Positions 8,076-18,170 of a DNA stretch of 32,000 nt are shown one piece after another. The DNA comes from Candidatus Saccharimonadota bacterium. Lineage in GTDB: Bacteria > Pseudomonadota > Gammaproteobacteria > Johnevansiales > Johnevansiaceae. A model generated the notes under the pieces. The model searched no databases and was not told the origin of the DNA. It saw only the letters and a list, made by a program, of their open reading frames with translations. The translations under genes and the position numbers were made by a program. The stretch spans positions 150,001-182,000 of the forward strand of contig NC_018677.1 of assembly GCF_000300075.1 (NCBI RefSeq), read 5' to 3'. The stretch's first letter is position 1. Every line of letters starts with the position of its first letter.

Positions 8076-8720
8076 CTAAAAAAAATAGAAAGATAAACGA
8101 AGAAGATAAATAGAATCTGGTATACGTTCTGGATCAAAAAAAGTTGGTTTAAAACAAAGATCTCTATTAATATATAAAAAGCCTTTTCCTGTATATAAAA
8201 ATTGATTTAAAGTAAAAATATGTCTATGTGCACTATAAAACAGTGGATTTTTAATGGTTATTTTTCTTTCTTTAATTAAAGACGTAGGTATGTGCAAAAA
8301 TTGTCCTTTATTTACAAAATGGAAAATTCCTATATTATAGAGAGTTTTACTAATTTTAATACAACTAAGTATATAAGAATAGTTATAATCAAACCAAGCA
8401 CCTAAAGCTAATGCTTTTAACTTTGAAAGAAGTAAAATAGGGATATTAAAAATACATGAAATACCTTTACAAATACATTTTATTTTTTTTATATTAGTTC
8501 TATCTCCTATAGTTGTACCACAACTAATATAATTTATTTCTGATAAATCAATTTGTGTTTTATTTAAAATGCTTTTTAAAAATAAAAAAAACAAAACATT
8601 GTTTGTAGAAATATTCTTCTTATAAAAACATAGCTTGTTTATAAGAATCTTGTTTTTTAATGTATATAAAGACATAGAAAAATACGTATAAGATATATCT
8701 AATGATAAAAAATTTTTCAT
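8076..8720 (-). CDS. tsaB: probable tRNA t6A biosynthesis protein TsaB (YeaZ)-like, highly diverged
   Basis: 214 aa. Collinear weak similarity to E. coli TsaB: FLSLDISYTYFSMSL versus ILAIDTATEACSVAL, and DLSEINYISCGTTIGDRTNIKKIKCICKGIS...LKALALGAW versus [31 protein letters not shown]...LMTMAQGAW. The GPGSFTG motif is degraded. Confidence 0.5.
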   Translation of the reverse strand: MKNFLSLDISYTYFSMSLYTLKNKILINKLCFYKKNISTNNVLFFLFLKSILNKTQIDLSEINYISCGTTIGDRTNIKKIKCICKGISCIFNIPILLLSKLKALALGAWFDYNYSYILSCIKISKTLYNIGIFHFVNKGQFLHIPTSLIKERKITIKNPLFYSAHRHIFTLNQFLYTGKGFLYINRDLCFKPTFFDPERIPDSIYLLRLSFYFF

Positions 8721-8740
8721 TTGTTTATGTTAGTGATTAT

Positions 8741-9853
8741 TTAACAAACAATCCAATTACGAATATCAGTTAATAACTTAATTATAAATTTAATAAACTT
8801 TGCTGCATAAACGCCATTTATAAATCTATGATCATACGAGAGACAAATTGGTAACATTGTTGTTGGTTTAAATTGTTTACCAGTCCAAATAGGTTTAATG
8901 TTTGTTTTGCCAATGCCTAAAATTCCTATTTCTGGACTGTTAATGATTGGAGTAAAACCTTTACCACCTATTATTCCTAAATTAGATATTGTAAAACAGC
9001 CACCCATCATATCATCTAGTTTATTTTTACCTATTAATGTTCTTTTAGTTATTTCTTTTAATTCTAAAGCAATATCAATGATATTTTTTTTATCAACATG
9101 TTTTATTACGGGCACTAACAAACCTTTTGATGTATTTATAGCAATGCTAATGTTATTATGGCTTGATTTGTGAAAATTACGTTTATTTGTTTTTAAATCC
9201 AACAACATATTAAACTTAGAAAATTTTTGTAATGCACAAGAACATACTTTTATAAAAAAAGATAATAATGTTATTTTAATACCTAATTCATATTTTATTG
9301 TTTTTCTAAACTTTTCTACTTTTGTTATATCTAATTCATCAAAATGAGTTACATGAGGTATATTTCTCCAACTATTATGTAACTTTTTAGCACTTACACT
9401 TAATATATTCTTTACGTTTTGATCAGTGTTGTCTTCTGAACTCTCTATTCTCTTATCTTTTATATAACTTTTTAAATCTTCTTTTAAAATACAATTTTTC
9501 TTTCCACTTCCGATTATTTTGTCTGTTTCTAAATCAATACCTAATTTTCTTGCCATTAATTTTGCAGCAGGACCCGCCTGTGCAATACTTTTTTCTTTAT
9601 TTAAAATAACTTTTTTGTTTATAATGTCTTCTAATTCCATTATTGACTTACCCGAATATATGTTTTCACCTTCTTTAATTAAAATTTTAGTTATTGTTCC
9701 TTCGTTTGGTGAAGGTAAATCAATAGTAGCTTTTTCTGACTCTAAAACAACTATAGTGTCATCTTTTTTTATAAATTCTCCTACTTTTACGGGTATTTCT
9801 ATAACTTCAACTTTTTTATTTATATCACCTATTTCAGGTAGCTTTATTATCAC
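8741..9853 (-). CDS. aceF: dihydrolipoamide acetyltransferase, E2 component of pyruvate dehydrogenase (single lipoyl domain)
   Basis: 370 aa. It has a lipoyl domain with the lipoyl-lysine context VLESEKATIDLPSP, an E3-binding domain (AGPAAKLMARKLGIDL), and a catalytic domain with the SYDHRFINGVYAAKF (DHRxxDG-type) motif. It lies directly downstream of aceE. Confidence 0.9.
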   Translation of the reverse strand: MIIKLPEIGDINKKVEVIEIPVKVGEFIKKDDTIVVLESEKATIDLPSPNEGTITKILIKEGENIYSGKSIMELEDIINKKVILNKEKSIAQAGPAAKLMARKLGIDLETDKIIGSGKKNCILKEDLKSYIKDKRIESSEDNTDQNVKNILSVSAKKLHNSWRNIPHVTHFDELDITKVEKFRKTIKYELGIKITLLSFFIKVCSCALQKFSKFNMLLDLKTNKRNFHKSSHNNISIAINTSKGLLVPVIKHVDKKNIIDIALELKEITKRTLIGKNKLDDMMGGCFTISNLGIIGGKGFTPIINSPEIGILGIGKTNIKPIWTGKQFKPTTMLPICLSYDHRFINGVYAAKFIKFIIKLLTDIRNWIVC

Positions 9854-9868
9854 TCAAAACCTTTCCTT

Positions 9869-12595
9869 TTATAAAGTTAATGGATTAATTTTTTTAGTAT
9901 TTATATCATATTTTGTTAAAGCTTTTTTTATAATAGACATATCTATTATTCCTTGGTTATGTAATGATTTTAAAGAAATTATTGTTATAAAATAACGATC
10001 TACTTCAAAAAAATAGCGTAATTTTTTCCGAGTATCTGATCTGCCATATCCATCTGTACCCAAAACATAATAATCATTTGGTACCCAAGCACGTACTTGA
10101 TCTGCATAAAGTTTTATATAATCTGTGCTTGCTATAACAGGGCTATTATATTTTTCTAAACATTTTGTTATCCATGGTTTTAGTGGAATTTGTGTTTCAC
10201 ACCTTAAAATGTTTTTTCTATCAAGTTCTACTGCTTCTCTTCTTAACTCATTAAAACTTGTCACACTCCACACATTAGATTCAATATTAAATTCATTTTT
10301 TAAAATATCAGATGCGTATTCTACTTCACGCAAAATGCTACCTGAGCCTAATAATTGTACTTGCAATTTTCTATTATTGTGTTTTATTTTAGTATATTTT
10401 TTTTGTGATGTATTTTTATACAACTTACTTTTGTTGTTTTTTTTGTTTGTTTGATGTAGTAAATACATTCCACGTATAATACCTTCTTTACAGTTGTTTT
10501 GTTTTTTTTGATGTAAATACTTTTCATTCATTAAACTTATATAATAATAACACTTTTCTTTATTTACATACATTTTTTTAAGACCATATTGCAATATAAC
10601 AGCTAATTCATAAGAATATGTTGGATCATAAGAACGACAACTTGGTATGATTGATGCTAAAACTTGACCTTGCCCGTCTTGATGTTGTAAACCTTCTCCG
10701 TTTAATGTTGTTCTCCCTGATGTACCTCCTAATAAAAATCCTCTTGATTGCAAATCACCGGCTGCCCAAGCTAAATCCCCTACTCTTTGAAAACCAAACA
10801 TTGAATAATAAATATAAAACGGTATTAATGTGTAACTATGATTTGCATAAGATGTTGCTGCGGCAATCCAACACGACATAGATCCAACTTCATTTATACC
10901 CTCTTCAATAAGTTGACCTTGTTTATCTTCTTTATAGTAAATCAATTTTTCTTTATCCATTGGTAAATACTTTTGTCCTTCTATTGAATAAATTCCTACT
11001 TTGCTAAACATAGTTTCCATTCCAAAAGTTCTAGCTTCATCTGGCAAAATAGGTACTATTCTTTTCCCTATATTTTTATTTTGCATTAAACTATTAATTA
11101 TACGCACACAAACCATTGTGGTAGAAACTTTTCTATTTCCTATATTATTTACAATTTTTTCAAAAATTGTCTTTTCCAAAGACTTAATATTCAATACAAA
11201 CAAACTTTCATTCCGTTTCGGTAAATATCCATTAAGGTTTTTTCGGCATTTGTGAATATATTTTATTTCTGGTGAATCTTCATCTGGTTTATAAAAAGGT
11301 ATATTATTTGTTTTTATCTTTTCATTTGTTATAGGAATTTCAAATTTATCTCTAAACCTTTTTAAGGCATTATAATCCATAGTCTTTACATTATGAGTTT
11401 CCATGCTTGATTCAAATTTATAAATACCATAACCTTTTATTGTGTGTGCTAATATAACTGTGGGTTTTCTATATGAATTATTCACAGCTTCATAATAAGC
11501 TGCATATATCTTTTGAGGATCGTGTCCACCTCTATTAAGATTTGAAATTTCTTTATATGATAAATTTTTCACCAAACTTGCTGTGTCTTTATATTTTCCA
11601 AACAACTGTTCTTTTGTATATTTGCCCCCTAAAGCTTGATACCTTTGATAATCCCCATCTACTGTATCATTTATACATTTCTGTAAAATTCCTTTCTTAT
11701 CGTGTTCGAATAACATATCCCAGTCACCTCCCCACACAACTTTAATTACATTCCAATTCGCTCCTTTAAATATTTGTTCTAATTCATCAATTATTTTACC
11801 GTTTCCACGCACTGGCCCATCTAATCTTTGTAGGTTACAATTTATCACAAATATCAAATTATCTAGTTTTTCTCTGCTTGCAACGTTAATTGCTCCTATT
11901 GTTTCTACCTCGTCACATTCCCCATCTCCTACAAAAGCCCATACTTTTCTATCTTTCATATTTTGTATACAACGGCAATCCATATATTTCATCAATCTAG
12001 CTTGATATATAGCCTGTAAAGGCCCGAGTCCCATAGAAACAGTGGGAAACTGCCAATACTTTGGCATTAAATATGGGTGGGGATATGCAGAAAGGCCTTG
12101 TCCTTTTATTTCTTTTCTAAAATTATTTAACTGATTTTCGGTTAAACGACTTTCTAGATAAGAACGTGCATATATTCCTGGAGCTACATGTCCTTGAAAA
12201 TATATTAAATCTCCTTCAAACTTATTATTTTTTCCTCTAAAAAAATGATTAAATCCTACTTCGTATAAAGTACAACTTGACATATAACTGGATATATGTC
12301 CCCCTAAATTGTTTTTTGTATTCGCTCTTATTATTAATGCTATCGTGTTCCACCTAACGGCAGACCTGATTTTTCTTTCCAAATATTTATTTCCTGGATT
12401 TCGTTTTTCACAACTTTTTGGTATTGTATTTTTATAATCATTATAATCTTTATTTAAAATATTGTTTTTAATTATATATTTCTTCTTTACATAATTTTTC
12501 ACTAAACTTTTTACCCTATACATACCCTCTCGATCCATGACCCTCTGTCTATTCTCCTTTTCTGTTCTCTGCTTTCTTATATATGATTGCTTCAT
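9869..12595 (-). CDS. aceE: pyruvate dehydrogenase E1 component
   Basis: 908 aa, collinear with E. coli AceE (887 aa): RSAVRWNTIALI, GGHISSYMS, YFQGHVAPGIYARSYLE, FVGDGECDE, NLQRLDGPVRGNGKII and VQLLGSGSILREV. It carries one extra Lys/Asn-rich segment. Confidence 0.95.
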   Translation of the reverse strand: MKQSYIRKQRTEKENRQRVMDREGMYRVKSLVKNYVKKKYIIKNNILNKDYNDYKNTIPKSCEKRNPGNKYLERKIRSAVRWNTIALIIRANTKNNLGGHISSYMSSCTLYEVGFNHFFRGKNNKFEGDLIYFQGHVAPGIYARSYLESRLTENQLNNFRKEIKGQGLSAYPHPYLMPKYWQFPTVSMGLGPLQAIYQARLMKYMDCRCIQNMKDRKVWAFVGDGECDEVETIGAINVASREKLDNLIFVINCNLQRLDGPVRGNGKIIDELEQIFKGANWNVIKVVWGGDWDMLFEHDKKGILQKCINDTVDGDYQRYQALGGKYTKEQLFGKYKDTASLVKNLSYKEISNLNRGGHDPQKIYAAYYEAVNNSYRKPTVILAHTIKGYGIYKFESSMETHNVKTMDYNALKRFRDKFEIPITNEKIKTNNIPFYKPDEDSPEIKYIHKCRKNLNGYLPKRNESLFVLNIKSLEKTIFEKIVNNIGNRKVSTTMVCVRIINSLMQNKNIGKRIVPILPDEARTFGMETMFSKVGIYSIEGQKYLPMDKEKLIYYKEDKQGQLIEEGINEVGSMSCWIAAATSYANHSYTLIPFYIYYSMFGFQRVGDLAWAAGDLQSRGFLLGGTSGRTTLNGEGLQHQDGQGQVLASIIPSCRSYDPTYSYELAVILQYGLKKMYVNKEKCYYYISLMNEKYLHQKKQNNCKEGIIRGMYLLHQTNKKNNKSKLYKNTSQKKYTKIKHNNRKLQVQLLGSGSILREVEYASDILKNEFNIESNVWSVTSFNELRREAVELDRKNILRCETQIPLKPWITKCLEKYNSPVIASTDYIKLYADQVRAWVPNDYYVLGTDGYGRSDTRKKLRYFFEVDRYFITIISLKSLHNQGIIDMSIIKKALTKYDINTKKINPLTL

Positions 12596-12604
12596 TTTTC
12601 CTTC

Positions 12605-13480
12605 TTATATTACTTCTAACGATTTTAATGTTTTTAATAACGGTTTCTTATACTTTGTTGCTAACCATGTTAACGGTAATCGTATTCCTTTTTTTACTAA
12701 CCCCATTTTTTTTAATGCCCATTTTACTGGTATAGGATTTGATTCAAGACTTAAAGCATAATGTAATGGCATTAATTCTTTGTTTAGTTTATATGCTAAT
12801 TCTATCTTGCCTTTACTTGATGCTATACATAATTCATGCATCAGTTTAGGTACTATATTTGATGTTACAGAAATTACTCCATGCCCACCTGCTAATATAA
12901 ATTCACAAGCGGTACTATCATCACCTGACAACAAATAAAAATCTTGTTTTTTATATTTTTCAATTAATTCTAATGCTCTTGCTAAATTTCCTGATGATTC
13001 TTTAATTCCTACTATGTTTTTTATCAAAGATAACTTTAAAATTGTTTCATTATTTATATCTACACCTGTTCTTTTTGGAACATTATAAACGATAATAGGT
13101 AACCCTACCGTTGCTACTTCTTTAAAATGGTTATACATCCCATATTGAGTTGGCTTGTTGTAATATGGCGTTACTGATAATCCATATTCAGCGCCTGCAT
13201 CTTTAGCCATTTTTGTTAACTTTACGGCCTCTATTGTAGAATTTGCTCCAATTCCCGCTATTACAGAAATTTTTTTATTAACTTCCTTAACTACTGTACG
13301 TATAACTTTTCCATGTTCTTCTAATGTCATTGTAGTGTTTTCACCTGTAGTTCCAGCTGCTAATATTGCATCTGTTTTATTTTCTAAATGAAACTTTACT
13401 AAATTTCTTAATGAAGCCCAATCTATTACACCATTTTTTTTCATTGGTGTAACAATTGCTACGATACTTCCCCTAATCAT
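12605..13480 (-). CDS. dapA: 4-hydroxy-tetrahydrodipicolinate synthase
   Basis: 291 aa, collinear with E. coli DapA: [55 protein letters not shown] and NPIPVKWA. Confidence 0.95.
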   Translation of the reverse strand: MIRGSIVAIVTPMKKNGVIDWASLRNLVKFHLENKTDAILAAGTTGENTTMTLEEHGKVIRTVVKEVNKKISVIAGIGANSTIEAVKLTKMAKDAGAEYGLSVTPYYNKPTQYGMYNHFKEVATVGLPIIVYNVPKRTGVDINNETILKLSLIKNIVGIKESSGNLARALELIEKYKKQDFYLLSGDDSTACEFILAGGHGVISVTSNIVPKLMHELCIASSKGKIELAYKLNKELMPLHYALSLESNPIPVKWALKKMGLVKKGIRLPLTWLATKYKKPLLKTLKSLEVI

Positions 13481-14650
13481 ATATTAACCTCTTTATTTAA
13501 AATATTATTTGTCAATTACAAGCCTACTTTTCTTTTTCGAGCAAATAACTAACATATTTTAACTTTTTGTAAATATTATTTATGCCGTATACATACAGCC
13601 ACTTTATTAGAATATACAATTGCCTTTTGTATTAATTTTTGATTCTTTTAACCTTTATTTTTAATTGTTGTATAACAACTAATTTTTGTATATAAATAGG
13701 TTCTTTTTTATTTAGTGGTATGTTATTTCTTCTGTGTTTTATGATATCTGTTTAATCTTTTCATCTGTATGATTTTTGCTTTCTGTTTTATATGTTTTTC
13801 TTTTTACTTTTTATCTGTTAGATGTTTATTTCTTTGATGTTTGATGTTTGATGTTTGATATTCTCTTTTTTCTTTGCCGTTTGTTGTTTTTTGTTTTGAG
13901 GTTAGTTATTAGAGGTTTGTTTTTTTTGATGTTGTTTGTAAGCTGTTAGAGGTAAGTTTAACTATGTTGTATCTTTTGTTAAATAGTTATTAGATGTTGT
14001 AGGATTGTTGTTAATTTATTAGATGTAAGAATTTAGATGTTGTAGGTTTGAGGTTTGATTTATTAGATGTTAAAATGTTAAATTAGTTGCTTTTTATGTT
14101 TGTTAGTTGTTAGAGGTTTGTTGAATTAGAGTTTATATGGTTTAAAAGAGTATTGTTTTTAGAAGTTTGCTTTCTTATTAGTTTTAGATATTGTTAGTTA
14201 TTGTGTTATATTAAAGAGTTTTGAAATTAATTTATTAGATGATGATGTTTGAGCTTTGCTTTATTGTTTGTTAACTGTGTATTATTAAACTAAATATACA
14301 ACATTTAAATCAATATTGTGTGGTTAGAGGAAAAACATTTGAAATTAAGAATAAAGGTATTAGAGGAAAGTTAAAAAGAAATTGTTTAAGGAATGTATTT
14401 TGTGTTTAAAGTTAGCCGTTTATAAGTTTTGTGTTTTGTGGTTAGTGTTAGAAGTTAGATAATTTGTGTTTATGTGATAGCTGTTATAATTCTAGAGATC
14501 TTGTTGTTATGTTTTGATATTTTTTGTGCTTACAATTTAGTTTTTGAGGTGTTGTTTGAGCTTAATTTTAATAATTTGTATTTTTTTTGTATTTCTTCTT
14601 TTATCTTTGTACAACTCTTTAATTTTCTTTTTAATTACTACAAACTTACA
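13481..14650. other. non-coding spacer arm, C-depleted (G/T/A-rich) on the + strand
   Basis: Hand count finds no C in 13974-14089. The motifs TTAGATGTT and TTAGAGGTT recur. There is no credible ORF. Confidence 0.85.
13835..13855. repeat. microsatellite (TGATGTT)3
   Basis: Read directly from the sequence. Confidence 0.9.
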
Positions 14651-16517
14651 AACAACAAGAAACAAATCAACCTCTAACAACTAACAACTAACAACTAACA
14701 ACTAACTACTAACTTCTAAATCCTAAATCCTAAATCCTAAATCCTAAATCCTCTACTAACTAACAACTAATAAAAGCAAACCTTTTAACCCTTTTAACAA
14801 CTTTTACTCTAAACTCTAACAATCCAACATCTAAACCATCTAAACTAGCTAACTTCTAATAATTAATAAAACAACCTCTTTTTTACCACCTCTCATCAAC
14901 AAACCTACAATTTTTCTTTTTTTTTATCAACATCTACTTAACCACTTTCAAACTATTTACCTACAACTCTTTCTACTATCCTCTAACCTTTTGCTACAAC
15001 CAATTACCTCTAATTAATTACACTCTATTCCTTTCTTTTCTTACAACACTACTTTTTTTTTTCAAAACTTCCCTATTATAACTTTTATACAACATCATTT
15101 TTTATATCTTACCTCTAACATTATTTGTTACTAATACAACATATAACTTAGTCTCAAAATAAATAAACAAACCTCTAATTTAAATAACAAATAACAGATA
15201 AGAAAACAAACCTCTAACCGTTAATAAATAAACTACAAATAAAACATCTATTTAATATACAATTTTATACAAATTATGCTTTATATATACAAACTACAAA
15301 CTCAAATTAAACAGCATCTAAATTAACTGTTTTTAATACAACTTATAGGGATATATATGAACTAATAAGAAAAACCATAATATAATACAACAACTAACAA
15401 AAAAGAATAATAAACCTCCACTATACAATATATAAATTAGAGCAACAACAATAAACAACTCCATAACATATAAACTCAAACAAGCAAAAAAAACAAGGCT
15501 ATAACATACACCATCAACTGAATAGAATAACATTATACAACACATTATTTAATAAGGCATACAAAAGTTATAAAAGTATATAACATAAAAGCAGAAGAGC
15601 AGAAAAGCAGAAGAAAAAAAGCAAGAAAAACCATCAAACTCTTAAAAAACATCAGAACTCAAACATACAAAATAAAAAGTAAAAAACATATAAAAACTCA
15701 AACATACAAACTAAAAAAAATAAACGACATCTAAATTCTAATTTCTAAACTCTAAAAGCTTAACAACATATTAAAATACATATATTAAGCATAAAAAAAA
15801 AGAAACAGAAAACTTAAACGCATAAGCGGAAAACATATTCTAATATAAGATTTAATACAAACCAAAAGAAAGAAATCATATTTAAATACTAACAACAAAG
15901 CACGTAAAGTGTACATACTAGCAAATATAATCAATAAAACAAAAAACCAACTAATTATAAACCTACATAACTAATAATCCTAACTATTATGTATATAAAT
16001 AAAACAACAATAATTCATAAAACACCTATCACTTATAACCTAACATAATATAAATACCAACATATACATAATAAAACAAAAACCTCAAAAACATAATGCT
16101 CAAACTATAACTTATATAAACAAAGAAATAACAAAATAAATAACAATCTAAACTAACAAACAAAATGATAACTTATAAAACACAATCATATAAAGAAAAA
16201 GAAAGTAAAAAAAATCAATCATAAACACCGACCATTTATCCTAACAACAAAACTTTTAACTTAAGCATAATAACAAACCCATTTAACAACATCCATGTAA
16301 ACAAATACATTTAACACAAAATAATAATAATGAAACCTAACTACAAAACCAATATCAAAGTCTTTTAATTACTTTTATTTTATTGAAAATGAACCTTAAT
16401 TAATCATAAAGATAAAAAGCTTAAGCATTAAAAAACTTTCAACAATTTATCTTTCAAACCCAATCCAATGAGAACGTTAGTAAATCTGTTAATTTTTTAA
16501 GCAAAACAGATACTATT
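14651..16517. other. non-coding spacer arm, G-depleted (A/C/T-rich) on the + strand
   Basis: Hand count finds no G in 14660-14775, 14849-14992 or 14994-15126. It carries reverse-complement versions of the motifs seen in the left arm (AACATCTAA, AACCTCTAA). Confidence 0.85.
14674..14750. repeat. compound heptamer microsatellite (CTAACAA)4 CTAACTA CTAACTT (CTAAATC)5
   Basis: Read directly. It lies just right of the polarity switch at about 14650. Confidence 0.95.
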
Positions 16518-18062
16518 TTAACAAACTTCAAACATTGTTATATGTCTATATTTTTGATCTATAGAATTTATATAACATTCAATACGATCATTAAGTTTAT
16601 ATTTTAGATGATAGTAATGGGATTTTGTAACAAAAAGAGTAAAAAACTTAACGAATGTATCAAATTCTGAATTAAAGTCCGTTATGGAGATAATAGTTCC
16701 ATTTAGTAAAGATCCTTTATAATTGAAAAAAGATAGTATTGGATCTTGTTTTAAATGTTTAATACTTAAAGAAATACGCTCTCTCTCTGGGTCAATAGAC
16801 AAAATTCTTGTTTCTATTGTATCGCCTTTACGATAATTCTTACGTATGGATTTTTCATCTAAATCTTTCCATGATATATCTGAAACATGTACCAACCCAT
16901 CAATACCGCCATTTAAACCTACAAAAATACCAAAATCAGTAATAGATTTAACAATACCATTAACACGATCATTTTTCTTGTATTTTAAACTAAAATTCTC
17001 CCATGGATTTAGTCGACATTGTTTTATACCTAAAGAAATTCTTCGTCGTAATTCATCTATTTCTAAAATCATTACTTCTACTCTTTCACCTATACTTACG
17101 AGCTTAGACGGATTTATGTTTTTATTAGTCCAATCTAATTCTGAAACGTGCACCAAACCTTCTATTCCATCTTCTATTTCAGCAAAACAACCATATTCTG
17201 TAATGTTTGTTATACACGCTTTTACTTTTATACCAACAGGATAACAAGTTTTAACCTTTTTCCAAGGGTCGTCACTTAATTGTTTAAGGCCTAAAGAAAC
17301 ACGATTGCGGTCAATATCGATTCTTAAAATCTTAACTTCAATCTCATCACCTAAAGAAACAATTTCAGATGGATGTTTAACACGCTTCCAAGCCATATCA
17401 GTGATATGAAGCAACCCATCCATACCGCCTAGATCGATAAAAGCACCATAATCTGTTATATTTTTAACTATACCTTTAATGGACTTAGAAATAAATTGAT
17501 CTGAACTTATATTTTGTTTTAAAATATCATTACCTATTTCTAAAACAGCTCTTCTAGAAACTACAATATTTTTTCTTTTTTTATCTATCTTTATTAATTT
17601 AAAATCAATATATTTTTTTTCTATGTGTAATGTATCCCTAATAGTGCGGATATCTACTAATGACCCTGGCAAAAACGCGCGTATAGAGTTAATATCTACA
17701 GTAAAACCACCTTTTACCTTTCCAAGAATTATACCTTTTACCACTTCATTGTTATTAAAAGCTTTTTCTAAATTTTTCCATTTTTCTAATCTGTTAGCTT
17801 TTTCACGAGATAACCGCGTTTCTCCAAAACCATCTTCTAATGTCTCAATTACTACATTTATTCTATCACCTATTTTTAAAAACACGTCATCTTTATCATT
17901 TTTAAATTGATCAATATTAATTTTTACTTCTGATTTTAAACCTGCGTTAACTTTTATCCAATCTTTGTCTATATAAACGATTTTTGCTTTTATTATAGAT
18001 CCTGGCTTTAGATTGATCTTGTTTAGTGACTTTTCGAACAACTCAGCAAAGCTTTCGCTCAT
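16518..18062 (-). CDS. rpsA: 30S ribosomal protein S1
   Basis: 514 aa. The N-terminus MSESFAELFEKSLNKINLKPGSII matches E. coli [24 protein letters not shown]. S1 domains repeat (ITDYGAFIDLGGMDGLLHITDM, ITEYGCFAEIEDGIEGLVHVSEL, ITDFGIFVGLNGGIDGLVHVSDI). The last domain is degenerate and the acidic C-terminal tail is missing. Confidence 0.95.
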   Translation of the reverse strand: MSESFAELFEKSLNKINLKPGSIIKAKIVYIDKDWIKVNAGLKSEVKINIDQFKNDKDDVFLKIGDRINVVIETLEDGFGETRLSREKANRLEKWKNLEKAFNNNEVVKGIILGKVKGGFTVDINSIRAFLPGSLVDIRTIRDTLHIEKKYIDFKLIKIDKKRKNIVVSRRAVLEIGNDILKQNISSDQFISKSIKGIVKNITDYGAFIDLGGMDGLLHITDMAWKRVKHPSEIVSLGDEIEVKILRIDIDRNRVSLGLKQLSDDPWKKVKTCYPVGIKVKACITNITEYGCFAEIEDGIEGLVHVSELDWTNKNINPSKLVSIGERVEVMILEIDELRRRISLGIKQCRLNPWENFSLKYKKNDRVNGIVKSITDFGIFVGLNGGIDGLVHVSDISWKDLDEKSIRKNYRKGDTIETRILSIDPERERISLSIKHLKQDPILSFFNYKGSLLNGTIISITDFNSEFDTFVKFFTLFVTKSHYYHLKYKLNDRIECYINSIDQKYRHITMFEVC

Positions 18063-18170
18063 AATAATCCTACATGATTAACGATTTTATATTTCCGTAC
18101 TATAAGTAAACTTTAAGCACGACCCATATTATATTAAAATATTTTATTCAATTAAGCTACTGATCTTTCC

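Noticed and set aside
7769-8137. A 122-aa minus-strand ORF.
   Set aside because: It runs straight through tRNA-Val (7996-8068) and low-complexity spacer, and overlaps the 3' end of the tsaB-like gene. The tRNA explains the locus.
8898-12761. Antisense or alternate-frame ORFs inside aceF, aceE and dapA: 8898-9173, 9519-9995, 10125-10454, 10651-10881, 11001-11255, 11542-11745 and 12537-12761. Similar ones lie inside rpsA, pheA, gyrA, leuC and aroC.
   Set aside because: These are shadow ORFs opposite well-supported conserved genes. They have no recognisable similarity and are typical of AT-rich genomes.
16484-16511. The hairpin ATCTGTT-N14-AACAGAT, 7 nt downstream of the rpsA stop, as a possible rho-independent terminator.
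   Set aside because: The stem is 7 bp, AT-rich and weak, the loop is large at 14 nt, and no U-tract follows on the transcribed strand. It cannot be distinguished from chance in this composition.
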